Notes under the pieces: model-generated | The model's database searches: none | Seen by the model: the letters and a program-made list of their open reading frames with translations, nothing else | What the model was told of the DNA's origin: nothing | Position numbers and translations under genes: made by a program | Source: Prescottella defluvii | Lineage (GTDB): Bacteria > Actinomycetota > Actinomycetes > Mycobacteriales > Mycobacteriaceae | Reading direction: 5' to 3' | DNA: 64,000 nucleotides | Assembly: GCA_029690005.1 (NCBI GenBank) | Contig: CP121458.1 | Location: forward strand, 4,481,872 to 4,545,871 | Shown here: piece after piece, positions 32,798-45,442 of the stretch | How positions within the stretch are numbered: position 1 is the stretch's first letter | Layout of the letters: each line of letters opens with the position of its first letter

Positions 32798-33250
32798 GGT
32801 TCACGACGCCGCACGCTCAGGGTGAGCCCGCGCACGCCCTCGACGACCACCGACTCCCCCACCCGTGGGATCTCGGTGTAGCCGAATTCCATTCGTGCGC
32901 GCCACAATCCGCCGTCGGCCTCGACCTGCCCTTGGGTCCGTCCCAGCTGCGGACGGTGGCCGCGGACCCGACCAGCGACTGCACCCCTGTTTGTACCGGC
33001 GTCCGACGCGCCGACAGGACCTTCCGGCCGGCCACCGCCGCGGCGCCCAGGCCGACGACGCCGATCCCGAGCGTGACGGGCAGCGCGACTTCCATCCCCA
33101 GCCCGCCTTCGGTGAACAGCAGCCACGCCCGGTCCCGGCTAGCAGGGTCCCCACCACGCCGAGGGCGCCGAAGGTCGGCACGTGCGCCTCGATCACGATC
33201 AGCAGCACGCCCACTACCAGCGCCAACGCGCCCAATCCGGTCATCTGCAC
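32779..33250 (-). CDS. NfeD-like membrane protein (partner of the SPFH protein), frameshifted
   Basis: N-terminal TM helices [38 protein letters not shown]-terminal OB-fold [40 protein letters not shown]. Overlaps the SPFH start by about 19 bp. Classic nfeD-SPFH pair. Confidence 0.6.
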
Positions 33251-33387
33251 TCACCTGCGGCGAGGGCCCGGTCGCTCGCGTAGCCACCCGCGATCGAGCC
33301 CTCACCGTCAAAGGTATGCCCGCGTGCGCCGGGGTGCCACCGTGTCGTGCACCGCCGCTGTCCGTGATCGGTGCGATCATCGCCGCA

Positions 33388-34151
33388 TGCATCTGCTCGA
33401 CGACGGGTTCGCGCCTCCGGAGGCCTGCGCGCAGTGGTGCCGGGCACGGGCCTACCCGCTGCACGTGTTGGACGACAGCGCCCACATCGACCTCGACTGG
33501 TGGAACCACCACCTGCGCGAGCACAAGCACGAGATCGTCCTGCACGGCCGGGATCTCGACGGCCACGTGGTCGATCGCGGCATCGCCGTCGTGCAGCGCA
33601 ACGACCTGCAGCTCGGCAGCGAACTGGTCGATGCCGACCACGACGCGCTCGGTCTGCTGTTCCTGTGCGCGGCCTGGCGCAGCGCCCACCACAGCCGCCG
33701 CGCGACCCGTCGTCTGCCCGACGTCTTCCACCCACACGCGGACCAGGACCCGCTCGGCAGAATCAAGCAGGTTCTGGACCGGTGCGCCAAGGACAAGCGG
33801 ATCGCCGATCCATCGGGCGACGCGTGGTCGGGCTGGCCGGACATGCCCGGCGTCGGCGTGCCGCTCATGGCGCTGTTCATGTGGGCTGCCGGTGTCCGAC
33901 GGGAAGGGATCCGCGCCCAGCTGATCGACCAGCACGGCGTCTCGACGCTGATCCACGAGGGCTGGCTCGAGGAGCCGTCGGTCAGCGGCTTCACAATCCG
34001 CCGCTACGACCGCTACCTGCAACTGCTCAGCGACTGGGCGATGCGGGTGGGCACCGAGCCCGAGCTGATCGAGATGTGGCTGGTGCAGCGCTGGAACGCG
34101 CGCGTGCAGGAGGCACGCAGCGGCGCCCGCGCCGAGCCGACGCTGTTCTGA
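33388..34151 (+). CDS. Hypothetical protein (about 254 aa), no recognised domain
   Basis: Clean high-GC ORF: MHLLDDGFAPPEACAQWCRARAYPLHVLDD...EMWLVQRWNARVQEARSGARAEPTLF. Confidence 0.4.
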
Positions 34152-34185
34152 ACCACCCGCCGACTTTCTCGGGGACACTGGCCTC

Positions 34186-34869
34186 ATGCCGAGCAATCCC
34201 GTCACCATCACCGTCACCGGTCACGCCGAGCGCACGTCCGCACCGAATCGCTGTGTGGTGCATCTGAACATCGCGTTCGACGGCACCACCCGCGCCGAAG
34301 CCGCCGACCACGCGGCCGAAGCCGCCGCGGCGCTGACCAAACTGATCCGCACGCTCGACGGCGATTCGGCACGGCCGCTCCGCCGGTGGTCCCTGGACCA
34401 GGTCCAGCACGCCCGCTTCCGCCCATACCATCCGCAGGGCAAGAAGCTGCCGTGGAACTACCAGTCGACGTCGTCCGGTTCGGTGACGTTCCGCGACCTC
34501 GCCGCCGTCGCGGCCTTCGTCGACCAGGTGTCCGCGATCGAGGGAGTCAACGTCACGCACCTCGAGTGGAAGCTCGCCCGGAAGTCGCACGCGAAGGCCC
34601 TGGCCCGGGTGCGGGACCTCGCGGTCCGCGACGCGCTCGCAAAGGCCGAGGGCTACACGCGCAGCCTGGGCTGCCGCCGGATTGAGGCGGTGGCCATCGC
34701 CGATCCCGGCATGCTGAACCCGGGGCAGCGCCCGGACTTCGGCCCTCCGACCGCACGGATGATGGCGGCGTCGGCGCCTGTCCAGGACTCCGAACGATCC
34801 GCAATCGAACTCACACCGGAGAAGCTCCGCATTACCGCCGACGTCGAGGCACGGTTCGAGGCGTCCTGA
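34186..34869 (+). CDS. SIMPL/DUF541-domain protein
   Basis: ITVTGHAERTSAPNRCVVHLNIAFDGTTRAEAADHA...LTPEKLRITADVEARFE fits the SIMPL architecture. Intact. Confidence 0.65.
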   Translation: MPSNPVTITVTGHAERTSAPNRCVVHLNIAFDGTTRAEAADHAAEAAAALTKLIRTLDGDSARPLRRWSLDQVQHARFRPYHPQGKKLPWNYQSTSSGSVTFRDLAAVAAFVDQVSAIEGVNVTHLEWKLARKSHAKALARVRDLAVRDALAKAEGYTRSLGCRRIEAVAIADPGMLNPGQRPDFGPPTARMMAASAPVQDSERSAIELTPEKLRITADVEARFEAS

Positions 34870-35085
34870 GGGCGCTCGCCAAAGGCAGGAGACGCGCAGC
34901 AGCGCGGTTCGGTTGGGCCGGTACCTACCTCCGATCGCGTCCGTGTTGTCCATCAGGAGGTCCGAACAGCGGAGACCGCGGGTGCGACCGACAGGAAGAT
35001 TCGACCATCGTCCATTCCGATCGACAGATGATCTTCAAGGTAGGCCGCGGCCTCCGATACTTGCACTGGGCCACGATCGGAGGCT

Positions 35086-35732
35086 ATGCATACCGATCGT
35101 GGCTCCTCAACGACGGACCAGGTTGCTTTCCCTCTGCGTGAAGGGTCTGACGACGAACTCGGCCGATGGAAGGATCATGCTCGAGCACGGAAGCTGATGC
35201 GCTTTATCGCAGTACCGACGCCCGAACTCTGTGTGGCACACGGAGAGCCGGGTACGTGGTCGAGGCGCTTCTGGTGCTATTCACGGCCCACGACCGACTT
35301 CGATCGCAAGTCACGTCGATCGCAGTTACTGCACGATTTCGTGTTCACCTCGGACCGGATCTTCCGACAGGTGGACCGCCTGGCGACGGCCTACTCGACC
35401 ACCGTCACGACGCATGGCTGCGCCGAATGCCGACGCTGGCTCCGCCGACGACGCGCCCGGTCCGCGGCGCTACTCGCGGTCACCTTGCTCCTGCTTATCG
35501 CCCTGCCGAGGGCACTGGCCGAGTCCTCACAAGAGGGTCTCACCGCCCGTCGCTCTTCGCGGGGCTCGGCCTGCTGGTCGTCACCGCGGCGTCCGCGCGT
35601 TGGATTCACGAATTCGCCCGCACGACCGTCAGCGAGGACGGCGCGCGCCTGATCATCGACAACCCCCACCCGGACTACGCGGACGCCGCGATGGCGATGG
35701 GCTCCGAACGAAACCCGCACTGCAACAGTTGA
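35086..35732 (+). CDS. Hypothetical protein with a TM segment, apparently frameshifted
   Basis: Two overlapping + frames (35086-35652 and 35166-35732) join at the hydrophobic stretch ALLAVTLLLLIALPRALA / LFAGLGLLVVTAASA. No domain recognised. Confidence 0.25.
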
Positions 35733-36087
35733 AAACAACAATCTGAGTTGATCGAACACGATCACGACAGGTTCACCCCGCCGCAGCCCGGCAGCCCGCA
35801 AGATCCGCCGCGCAGCGGCGCACAGCGTCCACAGGACCGCCGATCGCGCGCGCGACCGCCTGCCCGGAGCCGATATGGGGTTGATCGAAGGCATGGGCGG
35901 CGTATTATTCGCCCGGCCTCCAAATGGTGGCAACGGTCTCGACGGGGAAACACGAATGATCGAACGTCCTGAGCAGGTCGACGACAAGCCGACCGGGGCT
36001 CGAAGTCCAAGATTCTCGCAACCTGTGCGCTGGCCACCGGGATCGTGCTGGGAGCACGGGAACTGCAGGGGCCGAATCTGTTTCGAG

Positions 36088-36130
36088 TTCCTCCTCTGCC
36101 TCCTCTGCCTCCTCCTCTTCCTCCTCCAGT
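36088..36130. repeat. CT-rich simple repeat (CCTCCTCTG / CCTCCTCTTC units)
   Basis: ttcctcctctgcctcctctgcctcctcctcttcctcctcc immediately upstream of the SRPBCC gene. Confidence 0.7.
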
Positions 36131-36655
36131 GTGGATATGGAATGGGAGGCCTCGTGGGCGGCCTACCAGCTCGAGGCCGGAATGGCCGGCTCTGCGCTCG
36201 CGACCGTGAACGTCGACCTGCCGGTCACCATCGACGCGCCGATCGATCGGGTGTTCCCGGCGTATTCGAACCTCAATAACAGCCTCGGACGGCACCCGTT
36301 CCTGAAGGATGTGCTCGACCACCGCAGGTATACCGAGGGCGGCGCCGACGTCTGGGAATTCATCGCCCTCGAGGACGTCCCGGCCGGCTCGCTGTCGATC
36401 CCGGGACGCACCGTCGGGCAGCAGCGGGTGTACGCCGCCGACCACTGGTACAGCACCGATACCTGGGACATGCCCGGCGTGATCACCCACCAGAAGGTCA
36501 CCTTCGCCGCGGACGGCGACGCGACGACGGTCACCGAGCACCTGACGTTCTCGGCGCCGGCGGTGCTGATCGACTACACCGTGCAGAACGGCGTGTCCTC
36601 ACACATCGCGAACCAGCAGGCCATGAAACGCGACATCGAGAACGGCACGCTCTAG
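36131..36655 (+). CDS. SRPBCC (polyketide-cyclase/START-like) protein
   Basis: About 170 aa, all-beta plus C-terminal helix pattern (VNVDLPVTIDAPIDRVFPAYSNLNN...TFSAPAVLIDYTVQNGVSSHIANQQAMKRDIENG). Real start may be the internal Met at MAGSALATVNV. Confidence 0.5.
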   Translation: MDMEWEASWAAYQLEAGMAGSALATVNVDLPVTIDAPIDRVFPAYSNLNNSLGRHPFLKDVLDHRRYTEGGADVWEFIALEDVPAGSLSIPGRTVGQQRVYAADHWYSTDTWDMPGVITHQKVTFAADGDATTVTEHLTFSAPAVLIDYTVQNGVSSHIANQQAMKRDIENGTL

Positions 36656-36698
36656 AGGCGACTGTGCGGCGTCAACGACGAGGTCGCGACAGCCTCGA

Positions 36699-38543
36699 CT
36701 ACCGCCGCAGCCCACTCGCCCGCAACACCCGCCGCCCCACCGCGGCGCGCACGGCGTCCTCGGTGCCGACGATGCGCACGTGGGTGCGGGCGCGGGTGAT
36801 GGCGGTGTAGAGCAACTCTCGGGTGAGCAGCGACGACTGCTCCCCCGGCAGGATCACCGAGACCACGTCGTACTGGCTGCCCTGGCTGCGGTGAATCGTC
36901 ATGGCGTACACCGTCTGTACCGACGCCAGGTGGCTCAGGTGCAGCAGGTACGGCTCCTCGCCGCGTGCAAACGCCGCCACCAGGTCGCCGTCGACACCAT
37001 CGGCGACGACAACGCCGGTGTCGCCGTTGTAGATCCGCATCTCGTGGTCGTTCGCGGTCACCATCAGCGGCTGCCCCGCGTACCAGCGCTCCGGATCCAA
37101 CCGGCTGCCCGTGGCCTCGCCGATCCACGTCATCGCGTTGCGCGCCCACCACGACGCCCCGAACGGGCCCTCCCGATGCGCGCACAGCAACCGGTGCTTC
37201 TCCGACGCCCGCACCGCGGCGGCGGCGTCACCGGCCAGGGCGGCCGCCGTCACCTCGGCCGACGTCGACACCACGTCGGCGCGCAGCCCGGCCAGGTCCT
37301 CGGGCTCGACGAACGACACGTCCGCCGCGCCGCCGCGCAGGATCTCGAGCGTACGGTCCTCGTCGCCGTCGCGCACCGCCACCGCCAGCTGGGCGATCGC
37401 GCCACCGAACCGACGCCCGCGGCTGAGCCGAATCACGCCGCCCCGCAACCGGTCCCGCTCGGTAGCGCTCAGCGCCGCCTCGGCCGGGTCGTCGGACGCC
37501 GACAGGCTCGGCACCCACCACCCGCGCCAGCACCGGGTTCTCGACGCCGGTCACCGGGCGCGCCACCAGGTCGGCGAGCACCGCGCCGGCGTCCACCGAC
37601 GTCAACTGGTCCGGGTCGCCCACCAGCACCAGCCGCGCCTCGGGCCGCACGGCCTCGAGCAGCCGGCACATCATCGTCAGCGACACCATCGACGTCTCGT
37701 CGACCACGATCACGTCGTACGGCAGATGGTTGGTCTCGTCGAACCGGAACCGACTGGTGCCGCGCTGCCAGCCGAGCATCCGGTGCAGCGTCATCGCCGA
37801 CAGGTCCGCCCGCAGCCGCACCGCGTCGGCCTGCTCGCGGACGGATTCCTGCAGCCGCGCCGCCGCCTTGCCGGTGGGCGCGGCCAGCCCGATGCGCAGC
37901 CCCGGCTGCTGTCGCTCGAACAGCGCCAGCACCCGCGCGACGGTGTGCGTCTTGCCCGTACCGGGACCGCCGGCGATCACCGACGTCCAGTGCGTGGCCG
38001 CGACGGCCGCCGCGATGCGCTGCCGGTCCGGGGCGTCCGACGGCCGCGACGGGTCCGCAAAGTCGCGGAACAACTCGTCCAAGCCGGCCCGCAGCAGGTC
38101 CTCGTCGACGGCGGGATGCCCGTGTGCGCGCTCGTCGAGGATCCGGCGCACGGTCTGTTCCTGCCGGTAGTACCGGTCGAGGTACAGCAGGCCGTCCACC
38201 AGTCGCAGCGGCCGCAGCGGCCCGGCGTCCCCACCGACGACCAGCGGCTCGATGCCAGCCCCTCGGCGACGACGGCGTCGTCCGGCCATGGCAACGCGGC
38301 GGGGTCGACGTCGAACTCCTCGTCGACTGTCACCTCCCGAATGCGGCTCAGGTCCAGGCACACCGATCCCGAGCGCACCGCCCGCACCGCCAGCGCGGTC
38401 GCCAGGTGCACCGGCTCGCGGGTCTCGCCGCCGAGCGCCGCGAGCCGCAGCGCGACGTGCACGTCGGCGGCCTCGAGCACTCCGGCCTCGTTGAACTCGC
38501 GCAGCACACCCTTGCCGCGCTGCGCGACGCGTGCCTCGATCAC
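36699..38543 (-). CDS. recD: Exodeoxyribonuclease V alpha subunit RecD, frameshifts near 37500 and 38250
   Basis: IAGGPGTGKTHTVARVL (Walker A). VIVVDETSMV. LVLVGDPDQLTSVDAG. C-terminus YAMTIHRSQGSQYDVVSVILPG...YTAITRARTHVRIVG. Confidence 0.8.
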
Positions 38544-41500
38544 CGGTCCCCCTCCCGATCGCCGGACGCCGCCAGCAGATCCGACAGCTCCACCACCAGC
38601 GCCACGGGCGGATCCCAGTCGAACACGCCCGCCCCGTCGGGGGTGTCGGGCCCGACCATGCCGCGCACGAACAGGTACTGCACCCCACCGAGATGGGTCG
38701 CCGGGTGGTAGCCGGGCAGCCGCCAGCGCAGATACCGGTGCAGCGCAACGGCATACAGCAACGCCTGCAGCGGATAGTGCGAGCGCATCATCTCCCCGGC
38801 CATCGACTCGCGGGTGAAGTCGGCGGTGGTCACCTCGCCGGGGCGATCCGGTTGGTCTTGTAGTCGACGATCACGAACCGCAGCCCGCTCCGCCCCGGAC
38901 AGGCGCAGCACCGCGTCGATGCCGCCGGTGAGGTAGCCGCGCAGCGGCGTCGGCTCCAGGGTGGCGAGCCGGTCCGCGTACGGCGCGAGGACGTCGTCGG
39001 CCGGCAGGTGTTTGCGCAGCAGTTCCACGATCCGGTGCAGCGTCACCGTGAGCACGGCCGGATCGTCGCCGCCGGCGAGCGGCAGCTCGAAGTCCAACTC
39101 CGGCAGCCGGTCCCGCGGGGTGATGTCGGCGAGGGTGCCGCCACCGGCGAGTGGGGTGCGCAGCACCGGCAGCAGCGCGTCCGCCAGCGCCACCGGGTCC
39201 ACCTGCGACATCCGCGCGGCGACGGCCTCGCGACAGTGCCGCACCAGTTCGGTCTCGAGGTCGTCGGCGGCGGTATCGACGTGCTCGAGGATCTCGTGGA
39301 CCAGGGTGCCGAACACCGCGCCGTACGGCATGTCGTTCATGGTCGACGGGATCCCCTCCGCGGACACGGGGGTGATCAGCGCGGGTTCCGCGGGCTCGTC
39401 GTCGGTCTCGGGTTCCTCGGCCTCGCTGGTCACGCCGGGATGCTCGTGCGCCGACGCGGTGAGCGCCGTGTACGACGTGCGCCGCCAGCCGGCGTCGAGC
39501 ACGCGATCGAAGACGGCGGCGGCGAGCTCACCGGTCTCCTCCTGCGGCGGTGTCCACGACAGCGGTGGGATCGGGTCGGCGCCGACGGCCTGGACCGCCA
39601 CCGCGACGGGTGCCACGTCGGCCCAGCGGGTGAGCTGCTGCGCGACAACGGGATCCTCGGCACCCCCACCTTCGGCGGGACGTCCGGCTCCCCCGTCTCG
39701 CGGCCGAACAGCATGCGGTGCAGCGGCGCCTCGTTGGTCGAGTACGCCGGGCCCACCACAGCACCAGCTGGCACTGGGCGCGGGTGAGCGCGACGTACAG
39801 CAGCCGCAGGTCCTCGCCCGCGGCCTCGGCGTCGCGGCGACGCCGGCGGTCGCCGTAGCCGGGACTGCCCTCGCCGCCGATGTCGAGGGTGCGGCGGCCG
39901 TGCTCGTCGTGCAGCAGCAGCCGGTTGGGGTCGGCGAACCGTCCGGTGCTCCACCCGAACGGCACGTAGACGATCGGGTACTCGAGGCCCTTGCTGGCGT
40001 GGACGGTCGCGATCTGCACCGCGGCGGCGTCGCTGTCGAGGCGTCGGCTGCGGTCGCCGCCACCGGATTTCGGGTCCTCGATGCGGTCGGTGAGCCAGCC
40101 GGTGAGCGCGGTGAGGCCGAGGGACTCGTCGACCGCGACCGCACCGAGCAGCTGTCCGATGTGCCGCAGGTCGGTGAGCGTACGTTCGCCGGACGCGACG
40201 GTGAGCAGCCGGGCCTCGAGCCCGGTGTCGGCGGCGAGCCGCTCGAACAGCGCGGCGAACCCGGACTGCGCGAACACCGTCGCCAGTTCCCGCAGCTGCC
40301 CGCCGACGCGGGCGACCACCTCGTCGCTGCGGGCGTCGATGTCCGCAGCGGTCCAGCCGATGAGCGGGGTGAGCGCCGCGAGCCGCACCCGGTCGGGACG
40401 ATGCGGCTGCTCGAGGGCCTGCAGGAGTTGCAGCCAGTGCACGGCGGCCGGGTCTCGAAGACGCTGGTGCCCCCGGCGAGCACGGACGGCACCCCGACCC
40501 GGTCGAGCGCCTCACGCACCAGCGCGATCTGGGCGTTGGTGCCAGCGAGGATCGCGATGTCGCCCGGCTCGACGGGCCGGGGCGCGCCGTTCAGTTCGAG
40601 GGTGGCGCCGCTGCCCAGCAGTTCGACGATGTCGGCGGCAACGTCCGCCGCGACCCGCGTGCGCAGCGCCCCCACCGCGGGATAGCCCGAGTTGTCGAGC
40701 CGTCCGGCGCCCGCCCGGCACAGGTAGCGCAGCCGCAGCGGCGCCGCCCCGTGCAGCCGCGAACCCCCCTTCGCCGCCGAGACCGGGTGCACGACGATGT
40801 CCCGGTGCCCCAGCGCCGCCCCACCGTGCAGATGCCCCAGGGCGGCAACCAGATCGGCGTCGCTGCGCCAGTTGGTGGTGAGCTCCTGGTGGCTGTGCGC
40901 GGAGCCGACCGCATCGAGGTAGCTGAGCACCTCGGCGCCGCGGAACGCGTAGATGGCCTGCTTGGGGTCGCCGACGAGCACGAGGGTCGAGTGCCCGTGG
41001 AACGCCGCGCGCAGGATCCCCCACCGCTGCGGGTCGGTGTCCTGGAACTCGTCGACCAAGACGACGCGGTAGCGGTCGCGCACCCGCCGGCAGGCCGCCG
41101 CCCCGTGCTCGGGATCGGTGAGCACCCCGTGCAGCAGCGCGGGCAGGTCGTCGAAGTCCCGGATGCCCGCGAGCCGCTTGCGGCGCTGGGCCTCCCGACG
41201 GACCGCGGTGGCGAACGCGACGGCGTCCCCGGCCCGGCTGCCGTCGGCGTCCTCGGGCGCGAGGGTGGCCTGCGGGTCGAAGATCGCGGCCTTCGCGGCG
41301 GCGCGGGCGTCGGCGGGGCGCAGCGTCCGGGAGTCGGCGCGGGCGAAGCGGTGCAGGAACAGGTCGGCGATCACCTCGGAAACCAGGTCCTCGGCCTCCT
41401 CGACGAGGACCGCGTCCGGGTCGCGCTCCCCGGCGATGCCGAGACCGTCGAGCATGCGCTGGCAGAAGCTGTGGGTGGTGACGATGGTGCCGGCGTCGAA

Positions 41501-41861
41501 GTCGGACAGCGCCTGCATCAGCCGTCGGCGCCGACGCGCGATCTCGGCGTCGTCGGTGTCCGCCAGGTGCGCGACCAGCGGGTCGCCGCTGGCGCGCGCC
41601 GCGACCGGATCCACCAATCCCGCTGCGGCCGAGGCGAACCGCTCGCGGGTGCGCTCGCGCAGCTCCTTGGTGGCCGCGCGGCTGAAGGTGACCAGCAGCA
41701 GCTGCGAGAGGTCGATGCCCTGCTCCGCGACGAACCGGGCCGCGAGCCCGACGATCGCGTAGGTCTTGCCGGTGCCGGCGCTGGCCCTCGAGCACGGTGG
41801 TGCCCTGCGGCAGCGGGGCGAACAGGTCGAATGCGGTGTCGGTCATGGTCCCGGCGTCCAT
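38540..41861 (-). CDS. recB: Exodeoxyribonuclease V beta subunit RecB, frameshifted in the middle (37-42.1 kb frames)
   Basis: N-terminus MDAGTMTDTAFDLFAPLPQGTTVLE. UvrD-like motifs VVLVDEFQDTDPQRWGIL, LVLVGDPKQAIYAFRGA, ATVHASKGLEYPIVYVPF. C-terminal nuclease region. The long ORF 38540-41617 is open across shifted segments. Confidence 0.85.
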
Positions 41862-41875
41862 GCTCGCTGTGTCCG

Positions 41876-44800
41876 TCACGGTTCCCCCAGAGTCTCGGCC
41901 GCGAGCAGTGGTCCCCACACCACGGCGGCCTCGGTGCCGAAGCGGGTCGGTTCGTGCGCGCCCGGCGGCGCGGGCTTGTCGGTGAGCACGGACAGCTCCG
42001 CGTCGGGCCCGTACACGTACCGGACGTGGCGATCCTTGCCGTCGCCGAAGTCGCCGCCCCACGCGCGCTCGGCCGCCACCAGCGCGAGTTCGATCGACCG
42101 GCCCCGGAAGCGCTGGTCCGCGTACGCCGCCGAGGCCGCGGCCGTCATCGGCAGCGGCGCCACCATCCCCCGGTCCCGCATCTCGACCAGACGGGCGAGG
42201 ATCTCCGCCGGATTCTCCGGCGCCACCAGCGTCGACCGCATGACCGGGGTGCGCCCGCTACCGCGCCCGGTGGTGACGGCCGTGAGATTCCCGGACCGCC
42301 CCGTGGCGGCGACGGCGAGGAGCCGCACCCACGCACCGATGCGGTGTTTGGGTGCCAGCCGGGAGAACGTGGTCCGCGCGATCACCTCGCCGTGCACCCC
42401 GTCGACGGTGCCGACCAGCCGCCGCCCACCGCCGAGGTGGACGTCGATGTCGACCGGCTCGGATCGTCCGGCGTGCACCAGCGCGGACGCCCGCGCGAGC
42501 GAGTCGACGGTCCATTCGATGTCCGAAAGCGCGGTGTCGCCGAGCCGGGCGGGCGGCAGGGTGCCGCGCCGCCACTCCGCGGCCCGGAACGCCGCCGGAT
42601 CGACACCGGCCAGCCGGGCGCCGAGCATCCGCTCGCCGATCCCCCAGCGCGCCAGCGGATCCAGTTCGAGATCGAGGGTGTCGGCGACGTCCTCGTCGAG
42701 GTCGGGGACCCGGAATCCGAGCCGCTGCCGCAGGAAGCCCTGGATCGGATTCTCGAGGAACGCGATCAGCTCCGCGAGGTCGACGTCACCCGGCTCCAGC
42801 GGCGGCAGCGCCTCCGGAAGGAACGCGGGCGCCGGCACAGACGGCTGCTGCGCGGCACGGGCGCCGCCGAGCGCGGCGTGGTCGAAGCTGCGCGGCCCCG
42901 CCGGATCGAAGTTGCGGGGATCGAAGGGCTGCAACGGATGCCGCTGGACGACGTCGGCCCCCGCCATGGCCGCGAGCACGTCCCGCAGTTCGCTCAGCGG
43001 CACCGCGGGCGGCCTCGGCGTGCCGTTGACCGGGTCGGCGCCGGTGTAGAACAGCAGCAGCCGCTCGGTGGCGGACATGATCGCGTCCAGCAGCAGCTGC
43101 CGGTCCTCGCTGCGCGGATCCCGTTCCCCGAGAAGCGGATCGCGGGCGAGGACGTCGTCGCCGTCGATGTTGGTGCCGCGGGGAAGACGTCGTCGTCGAG
43201 CCCGAGGAGCACCACCACGCGGTGCGGCACCGAACGCATCGGGACCATGGTGCACACGGTGAGCTCGCCGGTCCGGAAATTCGCGCGGGTGGGCCTGCCC
43301 GCGAGCCGCGAGCGCAGCATCGCCCGCACGTCCGCGAGCCGCAGCAGCGTGTCCCGCCGTGTTCGACGGCCGCGGCCAGCTCACGGCGCGCCTGCCCCAG
43401 CTGCCACGCGTCGGCCTCGGCGACGTCGACCAGCAGGTCGAGTGCCCGCGCGAACCCCGCCGACCACTGTTCGGCGGACTGCGGCCCGGTGAGCCCGCGC
43501 AGCGACACGTCGAGCCGGTCGACGTACTCGGCGAGCCGTCCGGTGAGGTCGATGTCGTTGCTCTCGACGTCGTCGAGCGGCAATGCGAGCGAGAGCCATT
43601 CGCCGTCGATGTCGTCGGCCGCGGCGCCGAGCAGGATCCGGTCGAGCGCCGACTTGAGGGTGTTCTGCTCGAAGTCGCCGAGCCCGAAGGCGCCGCGCTC
43701 ACGACGGCCGATCCCCACCGCGCGCCCGCGTCGGTGGTCCACTCCCGCATCCGTTCGAGGTTGTCGTCGTCGAAGCGGAAGCGACGCCGCACCGGGGCGG
43801 TCGCGGCCAGATCGAGTACCTGGCTGACGGTGACCCGGGAGTCGGCGAGGTCGAGCAGCGTCGCGACCACCCCGAGGACGGGATTGGTCTGGTGCAGTGC
43901 ACGATCCGCCAACCGCACCCGCAGCCGGTGCCCGGGATGACTGAGCGGACCTTGGACGCCCTGCCCGAACGCCGCGCGGACGAGCGGCGCGTACGTCTCG
44001 ACATCGGGGCACATCGACCACGACGTCGCGCGGCTCGAAGCGTCGGATCGTCCTGGAACAGGTGCAGCAGACGCTCGCGCAGCGCCTCGACCTGCCGGGC
44101 CGGGCCGTGGCAGGCGTGGATCTCGACGGTGTCGTCGCCCGGGGCCGGCGAGGGGGCACGGTCGGCGGCGATGTCCGACTGCAGCCGGCCCAGCAGCGTG
44201 GTGGGCCGCGCACCGCCCGGATGGTGCGCATCGATCTTCTCGACGGCGGCGAGCCGGGACTGGAGCTCGCGCACGTCCCGGGCGAGGCTCGCGAGCAGCG
44301 GGTGTGCGACGTCGAGGGCACGGTTGTCGCCAGCGCGCCGTCGCGGCGGATCGGCGTCTGCGAGCGCTCCCCACATCTCGATGCTGGGATGCGGAATCCA
44401 CAGGTGCACATCGCGATTGGCGCCGATCGCGGACAGCACTGCGATCTGGTCGGCGCCGAGCCTGGTGGGCCCGAACAGCGACAGCCGTTCGGGCAGGTCG
44501 AGCAGCGCCGGCTCTGCCCGCAGCCGCGCGCAGGCGCCCTCGAGCCGCTCGGCGGGACTCGGGCTGCCGATCTGCTCCCGCAGCCGGCGCCACAGCTGCG
44601 CCTGCCACCGCAGGTCGTCGTCCAGCGGGTCGGTGCCGTCGGTGTCGCGTCCGGCCGCCCAGTCGACGAGCATCCCGGGGCGCTGGGAGCCGTACGCACG
44701 GAACAGTTCGGCCAGGTGCGCGGCGGTGCCGTAGCGGCGGCCGGCGCGATGGTCGTCGGCGCCACGCCCGTCAGCGCCGCAGCCGAGGTGTCGGGCAAGC

Positions 44801-45152
44801 GCCGCGCACCACGGCTCACCGATACAGTCGTCGATCACCTGCAGCAGCGTCCACAGCATCCGCGACGGATGCCATGGGTCGTCGTCGACGTCGTAGCCGG
44901 TCGCGGTCGCGAGCGCCTGGTCGATCAGCCGCGTCGGGACGGGAACTCGATGTTGGCGGCGACACCGTCACCGTGGCCGGCGTCACCCGCGCCCAACACG
45001 TGTGACAGACGCTGCGTCAGCCAGCGCTCGACGCCCTTCGCGGGAACCGCGATCACCTCGCGCTGGAACGGGTCCGCGAGGGGCCTGACCAGCACATCGG
45101 CGAGCGCGGACGCCAGTGTTCCAGCGCTCTCCGCGCGGTGCAGCGTCAGCAA
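41876..45152 (-). CDS. recC: Exodeoxyribonuclease V gamma subunit RecC, at least 3 frameshifts
   Basis: N-terminus (TTG) LLTLHRAESAGTLASALADVLVRPLADPFQREVIAVPAKGVERWLTQRLSHVLG...GVAANIEFP typical of RecC. Collinear pieces in ORFs 43699-44859, 42786-44819, 41876-44608. A C-run deletion follows EFPSP (ttcccgtccccg to ttcccgtcccg). Confidence 0.85.
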
Positions 45153-45442
45153 TTCCGTACCCCTCGGCGTCCCCGCACCGTATCGTCGGGCAATTCCAGG
45201 GCCTAGGAGTATCACATGCTCCGGACAACTCAGCCTATCCGGAAGGCTGTTGGTCCGAGCCGCCAGCTCACCTCGGTGCACGACAGAGTTTTGTACAAAA
45301 CCAGATCTTGCGGAATCGACAGGCCTCACTTGTTCCCGGTTCCCGCCAGAACATTCTCGGCAAGAGGTCGAGCAGGGTCTGTTCCCAGGCCGTTGTCGGC
45401 CGGGAACAGACCCCGTCGTTGTCGGTGGCTACGCGCTACTTG

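Noticed and set aside
35762-36541. 259-aa minus ORF
   Set aside because: Antisense to the SRPBCC gene and Gly/Arg-rich. Likely spurious.
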